DNA from: a virus
IMG/VR virus record: IMGVR_UViG_3300045972_000807
Span: 32,001 to 96,000 of that record
Reading direction: 5' to 3' (one strand)
DNA length: 64,000 nucleotides
In this document: piece by piece, positions 55,912 through 64,000 of the stretch
Numbering within the stretch: position 1 is the stretch's first letter
How the letters are laid out: each line of letters starts with the position of its first letter
Made by a program: the position numbers and the translations under genes
The notes under the pieces: generated by a model
What the model was told of the DNA's origin: nothing
What the model saw: the letters and a program-made list of their open reading frames with translations, nothing else
The model's database searches: none

Positions 55912-55982
55912 AGTAGGGCGTGCCTTTGTCGAAGATGAATTAAGGGCGCCCTAAGGCGCTCAAGATAAAATTGTTTAGAGTT

Positions 55983-58799
55983 TCAGAACTCTATTGGTGG
56001 AGGTGGAGTTAGATAACTTATTGTTCCGTTAGTTTTATAGGCATAGATTGAAGTACCGTCCCAGTAACAGGGTCCTGCAGGTGGAGAATCCGAACCGTGG
56101 GACATAGGGAACCAAGATAGACCGTCATCATAGGAATAGGCTCCCAAGGTTAGGCCGGTAACAACAAAGCACTTATTCCCAAATCCCAGTCCATTGTAGG
56201 TTGTAAGAGCCTTGGTTTGCGACCAGGTGTTAGACGGGGTATAGTAGGTGTGAATACCTGCACTGCTAACAGCTACGCCGTTAACTTCTCCTAGACAGAA
56301 GTCAAACGTTGTTCCGCCCTGTACCGTATTCGGACCCGAAGTCCAGTTTGCACCGTCGTCAAAAGAAATTATGCAAGAGTCATAAGCATAGATGTAGTTG
56401 TAATCCATGAACCAGGTGTTGTTACCCAGGTACCGTGTGTTACCGCTTCCACCCCAGACGCCGTTACCTAATGGGCTATTAGCTGGAACAGGAAGAAGGT
56501 TCCAGGTTACACCGCCGTCGGTCGACCTATGGGCACCCATAGTGTTTATTACCTGGCGGCCCCAGCTGTCTCCCGAAACCAACACGTTAGTAGTAGGATT
56601 ATAGTCTATGGAGTTACGCAATGGCGTAGAGTAGTTAGACCCAAGGACCTTGCTGGTCCAGATAAAGCCATCTGTGGAGTAGTACATCGTGCCTTGGGAC
56701 TTTACGTTGTACTGCCCAGAGTTGGTGATAGCCCAGCTTGTTACCTCATAGCCGAAATATCTTGGCTCCCATGTTTTACCGTCGTCAGTAGACTTTAAGG
56801 CGCATATAGCGTTACCAGAGTACATAACCCCGGCAGCGTCCCTACGCATACCAACCATGTGAACAGGTTGAAGCATAGCGTCGGTGTGCCAAGTTACGGC
56901 GTCATCTGACCAAACTCTAAAGCTTGTAGCAACTTGAAAAGAAAGATGGAACCTGCCTTGCGGAGTACAGGTTATGAAGTAGGGAATGCCTGAGCAAGGT
57001 ACCTTAACGGTTGTCCAGGTTACACCCATGTCGTCGGTGTACGCTATGCTTGTCCCAAGCTGAGCCGCACCGGCTGCGACTAAACCTACTACTCGGCTCC
57101 CATTGCTGGCAAAATCTGAAAATATAGCCAATGGGGTTACACGCTTTGTCCACGTTAAGCCGTCAGGAGAGACAATGACCTCCTTGGTGTTAGTGGTCAT
57201 TATGTAATAGGTACCTGTCCAGATGTGGTACCCGCCAGCCGCGCCTACCCCGGTTGGGAACGTAACTTTATTCCAGTTAACTCCGTCTGCGGAATACACA
57301 ATATGGCCAGCACCGGTGGCAAGGAACTGGCTACCGTTCCAGGATAGTCCCCGGAAGTTAGCTGCGGCTGCGGGAGTCTTGGCTACGTTCTTTATCCAGG
57401 TAAACCCACCGTCTTGTGAACAGTCAATAAACCCGGAGTTTCCGCCCAAAACTACCGTACCACCCACACCTGCACCACAGTAAACCTGGACCGCCGTAAA
57501 GCTACTGCCAGTAAGAGTTGGCGATGATACCGTAGTCTGAACATCGTAGTACCAGTCCAGACCGTTATAGGTCATGAATAGCTTGGTAGCAGTGGTAAAC
57601 AAGGCAGTGAAGGCTCCACAATCCCAAAGCTTATATGTCGCAGGAGCACTGAATACTGTGGTACCGCAATTCCACCAGGTGTCTCCTCCATTATTGGAGT
57701 AGAACATTTTGTTGGATATGTTGTAGGCAAATAGACCTAGACTTGTTGCCGTTACGCTGTGCAGATTAGAGCAGGACCCTGTAGTTAGGTCAAGTGCTGG
57801 AGTGGACTTGGTTATTTCCCAGTTTAGACCTTGGTCGGGAGAACGGCCAAAATAATAAGACTTGGCGTGACCAAAAATCCAGTTTCCGTCTGAGCAGTAC
57901 ATGGTGTATGCTTCAGGATACTTGGATAAGTCTCTTGTCCAGTTTGCACCGTCAGGAGAAGTGAATCGCTTCCCGCCGAAGTTAACTACAAACTGCGAAC
58001 CTGTCCAGCAGCCTGGCGTAGGCTGTGAAGGACCTGTGCCATCGCCACCCGCCGCTACGAGACCGGTAGAGGCCCCGGTCCAAGTAACTCCGCCGTCCTG
58101 AGTTGAAAACCAGTACCCACCGGAGATGGTCATAAATACGGCTTGCCCAGCATTGTTGGTAAGAAATCCAGCTACGGCATTCCCAACGTTAAAGATACCT
58201 GCGTAGGCAAAGTTCTTTAGGACCCATGTCGTCCCATTAAAGGTCAAGGTGTCCAGTATGTACGAGGTACCTGACCTGCCGTAGCCGTAAAAGGCAAATA
58301 CTGAACCAGCGCCGCACCAAGCCACGCCGGTATAGGTTCGAGTGCCGTACTGGTTATTTATACCAGTGAAGCCAATAAAGTCTGTGGTTGCGTACGACTT
58401 GAAATAACCCATAAACATATAGGTATTACCATCGTAGGCCACACCCAACAATTGGGTATTGGCTGTGTCCGGCATAACTATTCTTTTCCATGTAACCGTA
58501 TCTGTGGAGTACATGGCAAACTGGGTTGTAGTAGTGCCGTCGCTTTCGCTACCTACAACTATCCAACCCCAACCCACCCAGAGAACCTGAGTTAGCATAG
58601 AACCCAAGGTGGCTATTGTGGGTATAGCGTCCCAGGTTAATCCGTCGGAGGACAAGCGCACGGTACCATGGTTACCCACAGCTAAGCCGTACCCGGGTCC
58701 CCAAGCCATGCTCTTTATTAACTCTAGAGAATGCTTTTGGTACCACACCGGGGGATTACGAGATTTGCCGTAGTAAGGTTCTACAAGTAGCTTGGACAT
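55983..58799 (-). CDS. BNR/Asp-box repeat beta-propeller protein (sialidase-like fold), putative receptor-binding protein
   Basis: Many SxDGxxW repeats (SSDGLTW, SPDGANW, STDDGKTW, STDGGVTW). ATG 58799 overlaps the upstream TAA (TAATG). Confidence 0.85.
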   Translation of the reverse strand: MSKLLVEPYYGKSRNPPVWYQKHSLELIKSMAWGPGYGLAVGNHGTVRLSSDGLTWDAIPTIATLGSMLTQVLWVGWGWIVVGSESDGTTTTQFAMYSTDTVTWKRIVMPDTANTQLLGVAYDGNTYMFMGYFKSYATTDFIGFTGINNQYGTRTYTGVAWCGAGSVFAFYGYGRSGTSYILDTLTFNGTTWVLKNFAYAGIFNVGNAVAGFLTNNAGQAVFMTISGGYWFSTQDGGVTWTGASTGLVAAGGDGTGPSQPTPGCWTGSQFVVNFGGKRFTSPDGANWTRDLSKYPEAYTMYCSDGNWIFGHAKSYYFGRSPDQGLNWEITKSTPALDLTTGSCSNLHSVTATSLGLFAYNISNKMFYSNNGGDTWWNCGTTVFSAPATYKLWDCGAFTALFTTATKLFMTYNGLDWYYDVQTTVSSPTLTGSSFTAVQVYCGAGVGGTVVLGGNSGFIDCSQDGGFTWIKNVAKTPAAAANFRGLSWNGSQFLATGAGHIVYSADGVNWNKVTFPTGVGAAGGYHIWTGTYYIMTTNTKEVIVSPDGLTWTKRVTPLAIFSDFASNGSRVVGLVAAGAAQLGTSIAYTDDMGVTWTTVKVPCSGIPYFITCTPQGRFHLSFQVATSFRVWSDDAVTWHTDAMLQPVHMVGMRRDAAGVMYSGNAICALKSTDDGKTWEPRYFGYEVTSWAITNSGQYNVKSQGTMYYSTDGFIWTSKVLGSNYSTPLRNSIDYNPTTNVLVSGDSWGRQVINTMGAHRSTDGGVTWNLLPVPANSPLGNGVWGGSGNTRYLGNNTWFMDYNYIYAYDSCIISFDDGANWTSGPNTVQGGTTFDFCLGEVNGVAVSSAGIHTYYTPSNTWSQTKALTTYNGLGFGNKCFVVTGLTLGAYSYDDGLSWFPMSHGSDSPPAGPCYWDGTSIYAYKTNGTISYLTPPPPIEF

Positions 58800-59197
58800 T
58801 AGGTTCTCACATAAAGGGTAACGCAATAGGCGTCGGACGGTTGCCCCATAACGTTTACAATCCGGTACCCGAAGGCGTCAGGTCCCCGGTAAGTTATCTT
58901 AGGCGTGTATGCCAACCCTAACTGATTTTCTGAGATAGTAGCAATGCCGTTGGCTGGCTGGGACAGAATCTCGATTGTACACCGGTACCCTCCCTGAAAC
59001 TGCCAAGCCGTATGATTGTCTGCCTTTGATATTAGCTTAGGGTCTATGGGGTAAGCCCCTTGAATAAGCCATTTGCTAAGGTCTATTACGAAAGGCCTTA
59101 AAACCTGGGTTGCTGGCGTGTGGACCAAAATGTCCTCGGCCACTGGTATGAAGTGCCTAAAGAAAGGCTGGGTAAGTTTTATGGAATGTCCTGCCAT
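58799..59197 (-). CDS. small virion protein with Ig/cadherin-like (Big_9-like) domain
   Basis: ILSQPANG.A.......YTP...Y.GPDAFGYRI pattern. Confidence 0.7.
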   Translation of the reverse strand: MAGHSIKLTQPFFRHFIPVAEDILVHTPATQVLRPFVIDLSKWLIQGAYPIDPKLISKADNHTAWQFQGGYRCTIEILSQPANGIATISENQLGLAYTPKITYRGPDAFGYRIVNVMGQPSDAYCVTLYVRT

Positions 59198-59201
59198 GAT
59201 G

Positions 59202-62200
59202 TTAACCGCCTTGCACGTACCACTTAAGCGGTATTACGTTGTTGCTAATGGGCATGTCTATCAGACAATTGCGGCTAGTTACTCCCACGGGAACCACGTA
59301 CATATACGCCTTAGTAGGAACCGCAATACCGTTCTTATAGACCACTGTGTTGAAACCGTACGCCCGGACGTTAACGTATCCAGCTTTTGTGCCTGCCGCT
59401 ATAGCTAGAGCAGCCGTAGTGTACAGGTGTTGCTGGGTGTCTACGGGACCGCCGCCTGAATCTCCGATAACATACGTCAGCATGGGGTTAGGCGTATTGG
59501 CCAAGACTTCAGAGTGTCTTGTGTTCCTAACGAATCCCATACTAAAGGTTTTCTGGAAACGCTTTACTGTGAACCCCTTGTCCATAGTCGGGGTAAAGTA
59601 CATAGCGTTACCGCGTACTTTGGGTATCGGGGGTACCCAGTCAGCCAGCTTCTCACCCATGTTATTATAGGGAATGTACTCGTAATCTCCAAAGTGCTGG
59701 TTAGACAGAACAGACAGAACTGGGTCAATGTGCTCAGCAAGTGCTGTAGCTAGGTTCTGGCCCTGTTCATAGAACCTTTCTCCTTCAACCATCTTTCTTC
59801 CAGGGACGTACTCATACGAAACGTCTATTTCAAGGAAGCTTAGTAGTGACCCAGCGCTGTATTCCCTTTCGCCTACTTCTCTGAAGCTACTTAGGACTGG
59901 TTTATCGAATTCAAAGTCTACAAAGTTAGGGAAGTTTTCTCTAGCTTTAGCGTAGGCAGACAGATGTCCGCCCTCAGTGAAGTCGGTGCTTAAACCTTTC
60001 TCAAAGCTGTTGGTGACTTGTGGAGCCTTTAGCCCAATTCTTGTACCGTACTGGAATTCTTTAAGAACGTAGAAGTCAACAAGAGTCTGCTGCCTAATCT
60101 CGGCGGCAAACCAGTCAGCGTAGGCGGGGCTATTGGCCTTTCCTAGCTCGGCTTCAAACCAATCTGCATACGCAGGGCTATTGGCTTTACCTAGCTCTGC
60201 GTCGAACCAGTCAGCGTAGGCTGGACTAGTAGACAAGCCAACTTCAGCAGTATAAGCATCTACTAAGCTAGGAAAGTTTCGGCGAGTAAAGCTTTCAAAC
60301 TCTTGTGTGGCTTCCGACAGGGACAGGTGTGGTTTCTTAACGGCCTGTTCGTAGTACATGTCTACAAACCGGCCAGGTGCTTTCTGTATGTTAGGCGCCT
60401 GACCATCGACGTACAGTGAATAAACGGTAAAGTTCCCGAATACCGTAGGCGTTACAACCGGCAAAGAGTTAACTACCGTTGTTATGTCTACAAGGACATT
60501 TACAGACTTATACGCCAAGGAGGCTATGGTAGCGCTAAGGGACCCCACAATCTGGATTGTGTCTCCAAGCCCCGCCGTCGTGGGTCCCCCGTACACAGGA
60601 GAGCCACCGTTAACCGCAATTCCCCAGGTAGGGTCATCCAGGGTGAGGGTAATGCTAACCCCGGGACTGATACCTGTTATGGGCACGGACGCTGAATTGC
60701 AGTAGGCACCGGCAGGTACGTCGTAAACGTTGTCAAAATAAACAGGATCGGGAATCGCATCGCCTATAGTACGCGTTACCCAGGGAGTCTTAGACCGGCT
60801 ACCCGCTTGCAGCAAGGGAAGAGCGTTGGTAGTGTAATACTTTGAACTTACGGGGTTCTCAGTCAGCGTTACCGTGGCTCCGTTGTTAACTACTGCGCTA
60901 GTAGAGGTAACGTTAAATGCCGAGCCGGTAACAGCTATAGAAAGATTAAGATTTGAGGGTACGCTTACCGTTATAGATTTTGCTAAGCCAGACACGGTAA
61001 CAGCGTTAGACACAGCTGCCGTAGACACGGGCACGTCTAAACTTGAGGTAAACGAGACTGCGTCTATAGGTGTTATAGCGTTTAGCCTATTCTGCTGCGT
61101 AGCAAGATCAGAGTACAAGCACTGAGCCCATATGCCTCCAGCGCCGTCATAGCTTAGTGCTGAGACAGGGTGCGGCATAGAAATCTGGCGGAGCAAAGCC
61201 AGAGTATTGGGATCAAAAATATCTATGAGGTTTGAGCCGTAGTGACCTACCCACACGTTACCGTTAGTTTTGTCTACAGCAACACAGCTAGGCACACCCG
61301 AACACTGGATGTAGGTAACTGCGTACGAGTACGAAATTCTAGCCAAGGCATTGCTGAAAGAGCAGGCTACCCAAGAGTTCATTCCGTTGTCTACACAGAT
61401 GTCCCAAGGGTCGCAGTTAGGCAAAGATATGTTTGCTACAATAGTGTCCGCGCTATTCACGACTACGACTCTGCTATTGTAGACGTCAACTACCCAAACT
61501 TTGTTAGCGTTATCTACCACCACTTGCCGCAGACCGCCTAAGGTAGACCCGCCTAGACTTATGTACTTGGACAGAACATACGTCGAACCAGATAGGACTA
61601 TCTTGGCAAGCGTGTTATTAGACATCGAAACATAGACAGCTGAGCCTGTTATGTCGCTATCTGTTCCGTAAGGCGCGAGTGCCCCAAAAGATATGTCAGC
61701 GTTAGTCCCGCTAGTGTCCCGCAGGAGCCCCAGAGCTCCGTTATACAAGGTTACGAACCGTCGAGTAGCAATCTGTGCTGTACTCATAACGTACTTGGGT
61801 GCGTAGCACTCGTCGTACACGGTGTAGCCTGCGGGATTCGCAGATGACCCAACCACAGCACCGGCCAGGTTCAGCTTGTAGGTAATTCCCTCATAGTAAG
61901 ACATCGAGTGGATGAACGTGCTTAAACTAGCGTCCGTTCCAACCGATGGGTTATACAAAGAAGTGGCCGAGGTTATCCCGTAAGTGCTAACGTCTATCTT
62001 GTAGATAGAGTTGTTCTGGTTTAGTGCTGCCTTTGCAGGATTAAACGGGGAATCTATTGACAGGGCGGGGTTGCCTGTAGGCGTAACCGTTATGGCAAGT
62101 CCGGAGTAGTCTGTCTTAGTACCGTCCAAAACAGTAAGAAGCGATGTGCCCGGAACAGCTGTCAAAAAGGTTGGGCTAGGCGTAAAGTTAGAAACATAGA

Positions 62201-63671
62201 GGGCAGTGCCCTTAATTATTCTAAAGTTAGAGAGCTTACCGCTTAGGAAAAACGGAGTTGACATTGTGCCAAGCACAACACCCGCTTGGGATAATGTGTA
62301 CCCGTTACCTGTTGCTGCCCCTGTGGCTACGCTAGCTATGCCGTTAACAAAAAGGCTTGTAACGCCAGAGGACCTAACCGCCGCTACGTGATACCAGGTT
62401 CCCGTAACAGGGACCCAGGGTACGGATACGTTGTAGGCTCCGCTGTTGTGCGTACCAAAGTTTAAGGTGTTGCCGTGAACAGCAAAGAACCATTTATTGG
62501 TTGAACTAGATCCTAAGACGTCGCTCTGACAAATAGGAACGTAGGCTCCCGCCAGCGAGTTAAAGTAGACCCAGGTCTCTACGGTGAAGTCACCTGTACC
62601 AAGTGCTAAGGCAGCATTGGCGGACACCGTAAGGTAGTCTGTTGTACCGTTGAAGGACGTGCTGAAGGCGTTTAGCCCGCCTGCGCCCAAGTCGTAGAGA
62701 GCCTTACCCTGCAGGGAATTTTTTACCCATAGGTCTGTAGAACTCTTTGTGGTAACAGACCAGTAGGTTTTAAAGGTAGCCCCTACGGAAACGCTGACGT
62801 AGGTTGTAGTGTCGTAGTTAGGGTCTGAAGCTGAGGTTACGGAGACTCTTATTAGGTCTCCATTTAGCACAGTAGCGGTCTGGCTTACCAGGGCTACGCC
62901 GTTCTTAAACAGGGTAGCGCCTGCACTAACGGTAACGCTAACTGTGGCGTTAGTGTCTAACCCTGCTACGATAACGTTGTTTGACGCTACCGGAGTGTTA
63001 AAGGCTGCGCCAACCACATTGGTGAACGTAAAACCCGTAGGTATGTCTTTAGGCGCGTTAGTTACGGCAAAGAATGTGTCGTAGGTATTGCCAATGAACA
63101 GAGGAATCTGGATACTAGCGCTATACTGCGACGGCGCAGTTAGCACCACGGCTATCTGGTCTCCCAAAACAGCTGTGGTTACTGTAGTACCTAAGGCAAC
63201 TCCGTTCTTTATCAGCTTAGCACCAAAAAGATTAGGTACGCTGACGGGAATTGCCAGGGCAGCCGTGGTGGCTATTACTGCTACAGCGTTTGTCGTATGC
63301 GCTGTGTTTCTTGTTATTGTGTTCGCGTCAGTAAGAGAGAACTGTAAGGGGTTCTGAGAACCTGTTACGGTAAAGTCTGCGGCTGTTACTGCGGAAAAGG
63401 AATACTGGAAACCGTTAACGGTTATTATCGCATGGACTGCGGTATTGTAGGCACTGCTTGTGGTTACCTGGACTTGAACCGCGGTTGTACCTCCGTAGCT
63501 AGCAGCCTGACCACGGTTTGCCCCGTTAGCATAGAAAGATACGCCAGCCTGCGTGGTGGAAACGCTTATAGGTCCTACTACTGAGAGAGGAGCAGACAGC
63601 ACTACTGTGTTAGTAGGCTGGTTTGTGAGGGGCGGTACTATACTGCTGTAGTTAAGCAGGGAAGCGGTCAT
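59202..63671 (-). CDS. large multidomain virion protein: Ig-like repeats, one LamG module, beta-propeller, low-complexity C-terminal region (1489 aa)
   Basis: F.FT......SN.V.V.G repeats, GTGDFTVETWVY LamG module, and VVVDNANKVWV / ICVD....SWV / VAVDKTNGNVWV propeller blades. Confidence 0.8.
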   Translation of the reverse strand: MTASLLNYSSIVPPLTNQPTNTVVLSAPLSVVGPISVSTTQAGVSFYANGANRGQAASYGGTTAVQVQVTTSSAYNTAVHAIITVNGFQYSFSAVTAADFTVTGSQNPLQFSLTDANTITRNTAHTTNAVAVIATTAALAIPVSVPNLFGAKLIKNGVALGTTVTTAVLGDQIAVVLTAPSQYSASIQIPLFIGNTYDTFFAVTNAPKDIPTGFTFTNVVGAAFNTPVASNNVIVAGLDTNATVSVTVSAGATLFKNGVALVSQTATVLNGDLIRVSVTSASDPNYDTTTYVSVSVGATFKTYWSVTTKSSTDLWVKNSLQGKALYDLGAGGLNAFSTSFNGTTDYLTVSANAALALGTGDFTVETWVYFNSLAGAYVPICQSDVLGSSSTNKWFFAVHGNTLNFGTHNSGAYNVSVPWVPVTGTWYHVAAVRSSGVTSLFVNGIASVATGAATGNGYTLSQAGVVLGTMSTPFFLSGKLSNFRIIKGTALYVSNFTPSPTFLTAVPGTSLLTVLDGTKTDYSGLAITVTPTGNPALSIDSPFNPAKAALNQNNSIYKIDVSTYGITSATSLYNPSVGTDASLSTFIHSMSYYEGITYKLNLAGAVVGSSANPAGYTVYDECYAPKYVMSTAQIATRRFVTLYNGALGLLRDTSGTNADISFGALAPYGTDSDITGSAVYVSMSNNTLAKIVLSGSTYVLSKYISLGGSTLGGLRQVVVDNANKVWVVDVYNSRVVVVNSADTIVANISLPNCDPWDICVDNGMNSWVACSFSNALARISYSYAVTYIQCSGVPSCVAVDKTNGNVWVGHYGSNLIDIFDPNTLALLRQISMPHPVSALSYDGAGGIWAQCLYSDLATQQNRLNAITPIDAVSFTSSLDVPVSTAAVSNAVTVSGLAKSITVSVPSNLNLSIAVTGSAFNVTSTSAVVNNGATVTLTENPVSSKYYTTNALPLLQAGSRSKTPWVTRTIGDAIPDPVYFDNVYDVPAGAYCNSASVPITGISPGVSITLTLDDPTWGIAVNGGSPVYGGPTTAGLGDTIQIVGSLSATIASLAYKSVNVLVDITTVVNSLPVVTPTVFGNFTVYSLYVDGQAPNIQKAPGRFVDMYYEQAVKKPHLSLSEATQEFESFTRRNFPSLVDAYTAEVGLSTSPAYADWFDAELGKANSPAYADWFEAELGKANSPAYADWFAAEIRQQTLVDFYVLKEFQYGTRIGLKAPQVTNSFEKGLSTDFTEGGHLSAYAKARENFPNFVDFEFDKPVLSSFREVGEREYSAGSLLSFLEIDVSYEYVPGRKMVEGERFYEQGQNLATALAEHIDPVLSVLSNQHFGDYEYIPYNNMGEKLADWVPPIPKVRGNAMYFTPTMDKGFTVKRFQKTFSMGFVRNTRHSEVLANTPNPMLTYVIGDSGGGPVDTQQHLYTTAALAIAAGTKAGYVNVRAYGFNTVVYKNGIAVPTKAYMYVVPVGVTSRNCLIDMPISNNVIPLKWYVQGG
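60098..60227 (-). repeat. 48-nt tandem coding repeat, about 3 copies (SPAYADWFxAELGKAN)
   Basis: Three consecutive SPAYADWFxAE units with synonymous divergence. Confidence 0.85.
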
Positions 63672-63691
63672 TTAGGAGCCTTAAATAGATT

Positions 63692-63715
63692 ACGGGGTAG
63701 CACACGCTACCCCGT
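63692..63715 (-). terminator. stem-loop after the rightmost gene
   Basis: ACGGGGTAGC-acac-GCTACCCCGT. Confidence 0.6.
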
Positions 63716-63735
63716 CATTTTACCTAAGCTAGGTT

Positions 63736-64000
63736 TTAGGCCATCGGGCCGCCAGCAGTCAGCATCAACAGACGCATACCGGTGTTGTTAGCGTCAGTTG
63801 CGCTCATCGCCTTGTAGGTGCGAGGAGTGGACTCGCCGTACACTGTCAAAGGTACGTCCGTGTAACCGGCAACCACGTTGGCACTGGTGTACGCGATCAT
63901 GTCCAGTTCGCTGGTGTACGCGTAACGCTGCGTATTCAAGCCGTTCGGGAAAGTGATAACGTACTTGTTATTTTCCGAGATGGCCACTTGCGGCTGGACG
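63736..64000 (-). CDS. C-terminal part of a putative virion structural protein (5' end outside the window)
   Basis: The frame stays open to the right edge (...VQPQVAISENNKYVITFPNGLNTQRY...); strong codon bias; followed by a hairpin. Confidence 0.75.
   Translation of the reverse strand, partial: VQPQVAISENNKYVITFPNGLNTQRYAYTSELDMIAYTSANVVAGYTDVPLTVYGESTPRTYKAMSATDANNTGMRLLMLTAGGPMA

Noticed and set aside
1-64000. Stop-codon reassignment (seen in some large phages)
   Set aside because: Genes are long and uninterrupted in the standard code, and TAA, TGA and TAG all end genes at tight junctions.

Overview
This 64 kb window looks like the morphogenesis (late) region of a large tailed phage, most likely a jumbo myovirus of a Gram-negative host. 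Every credible gene is on the minus strand, genes are tightly packed and often overlap or abut, and the standard genetic code is used. In transcription order (right to left) the window has four parts. (1) About 45 kb of fibre, adhesin and appendage genes (18.7-64 kb): three collagen-like proteins, coiled-coil and repeat stalk proteins, a BNR beta-propeller, Mtd-N-like fibres, a DUF4376 protein, a C92 amidase, and two tandem giant paralogues (3055 and 2829 aa) built from 14 and 13 LamG/ConA-like modules. (2) A papain-like protease and an Rz/Rz1-like spanin pair with the lipoprotein gene embedded. (3) Probable neck/head-completion genes and a cluster of probable internal head proteins, including a DarA_C-like domain, that share short motifs. 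(4) Accessory genes: HNH, TraR/DksA-like, a holin-like membrane pair, an orphan solute-binding protein and a Nudix hydrolase. The most striking pattern is a repeated docking-domain grammar, in which terminal domains of neighbouring fibre genes recur as matched pairs. This suggests a modular, branched appendage-assembly system. There is also direct sequence evidence of lectin-module shuffling, and an unannotated 23-aa Trp-periodic micro-ORF. No rRNA, tRNA, CRISPR array, integrase or reverse transcriptase was recognised. All family assignments come from motif recognition by eye, not from database searches.
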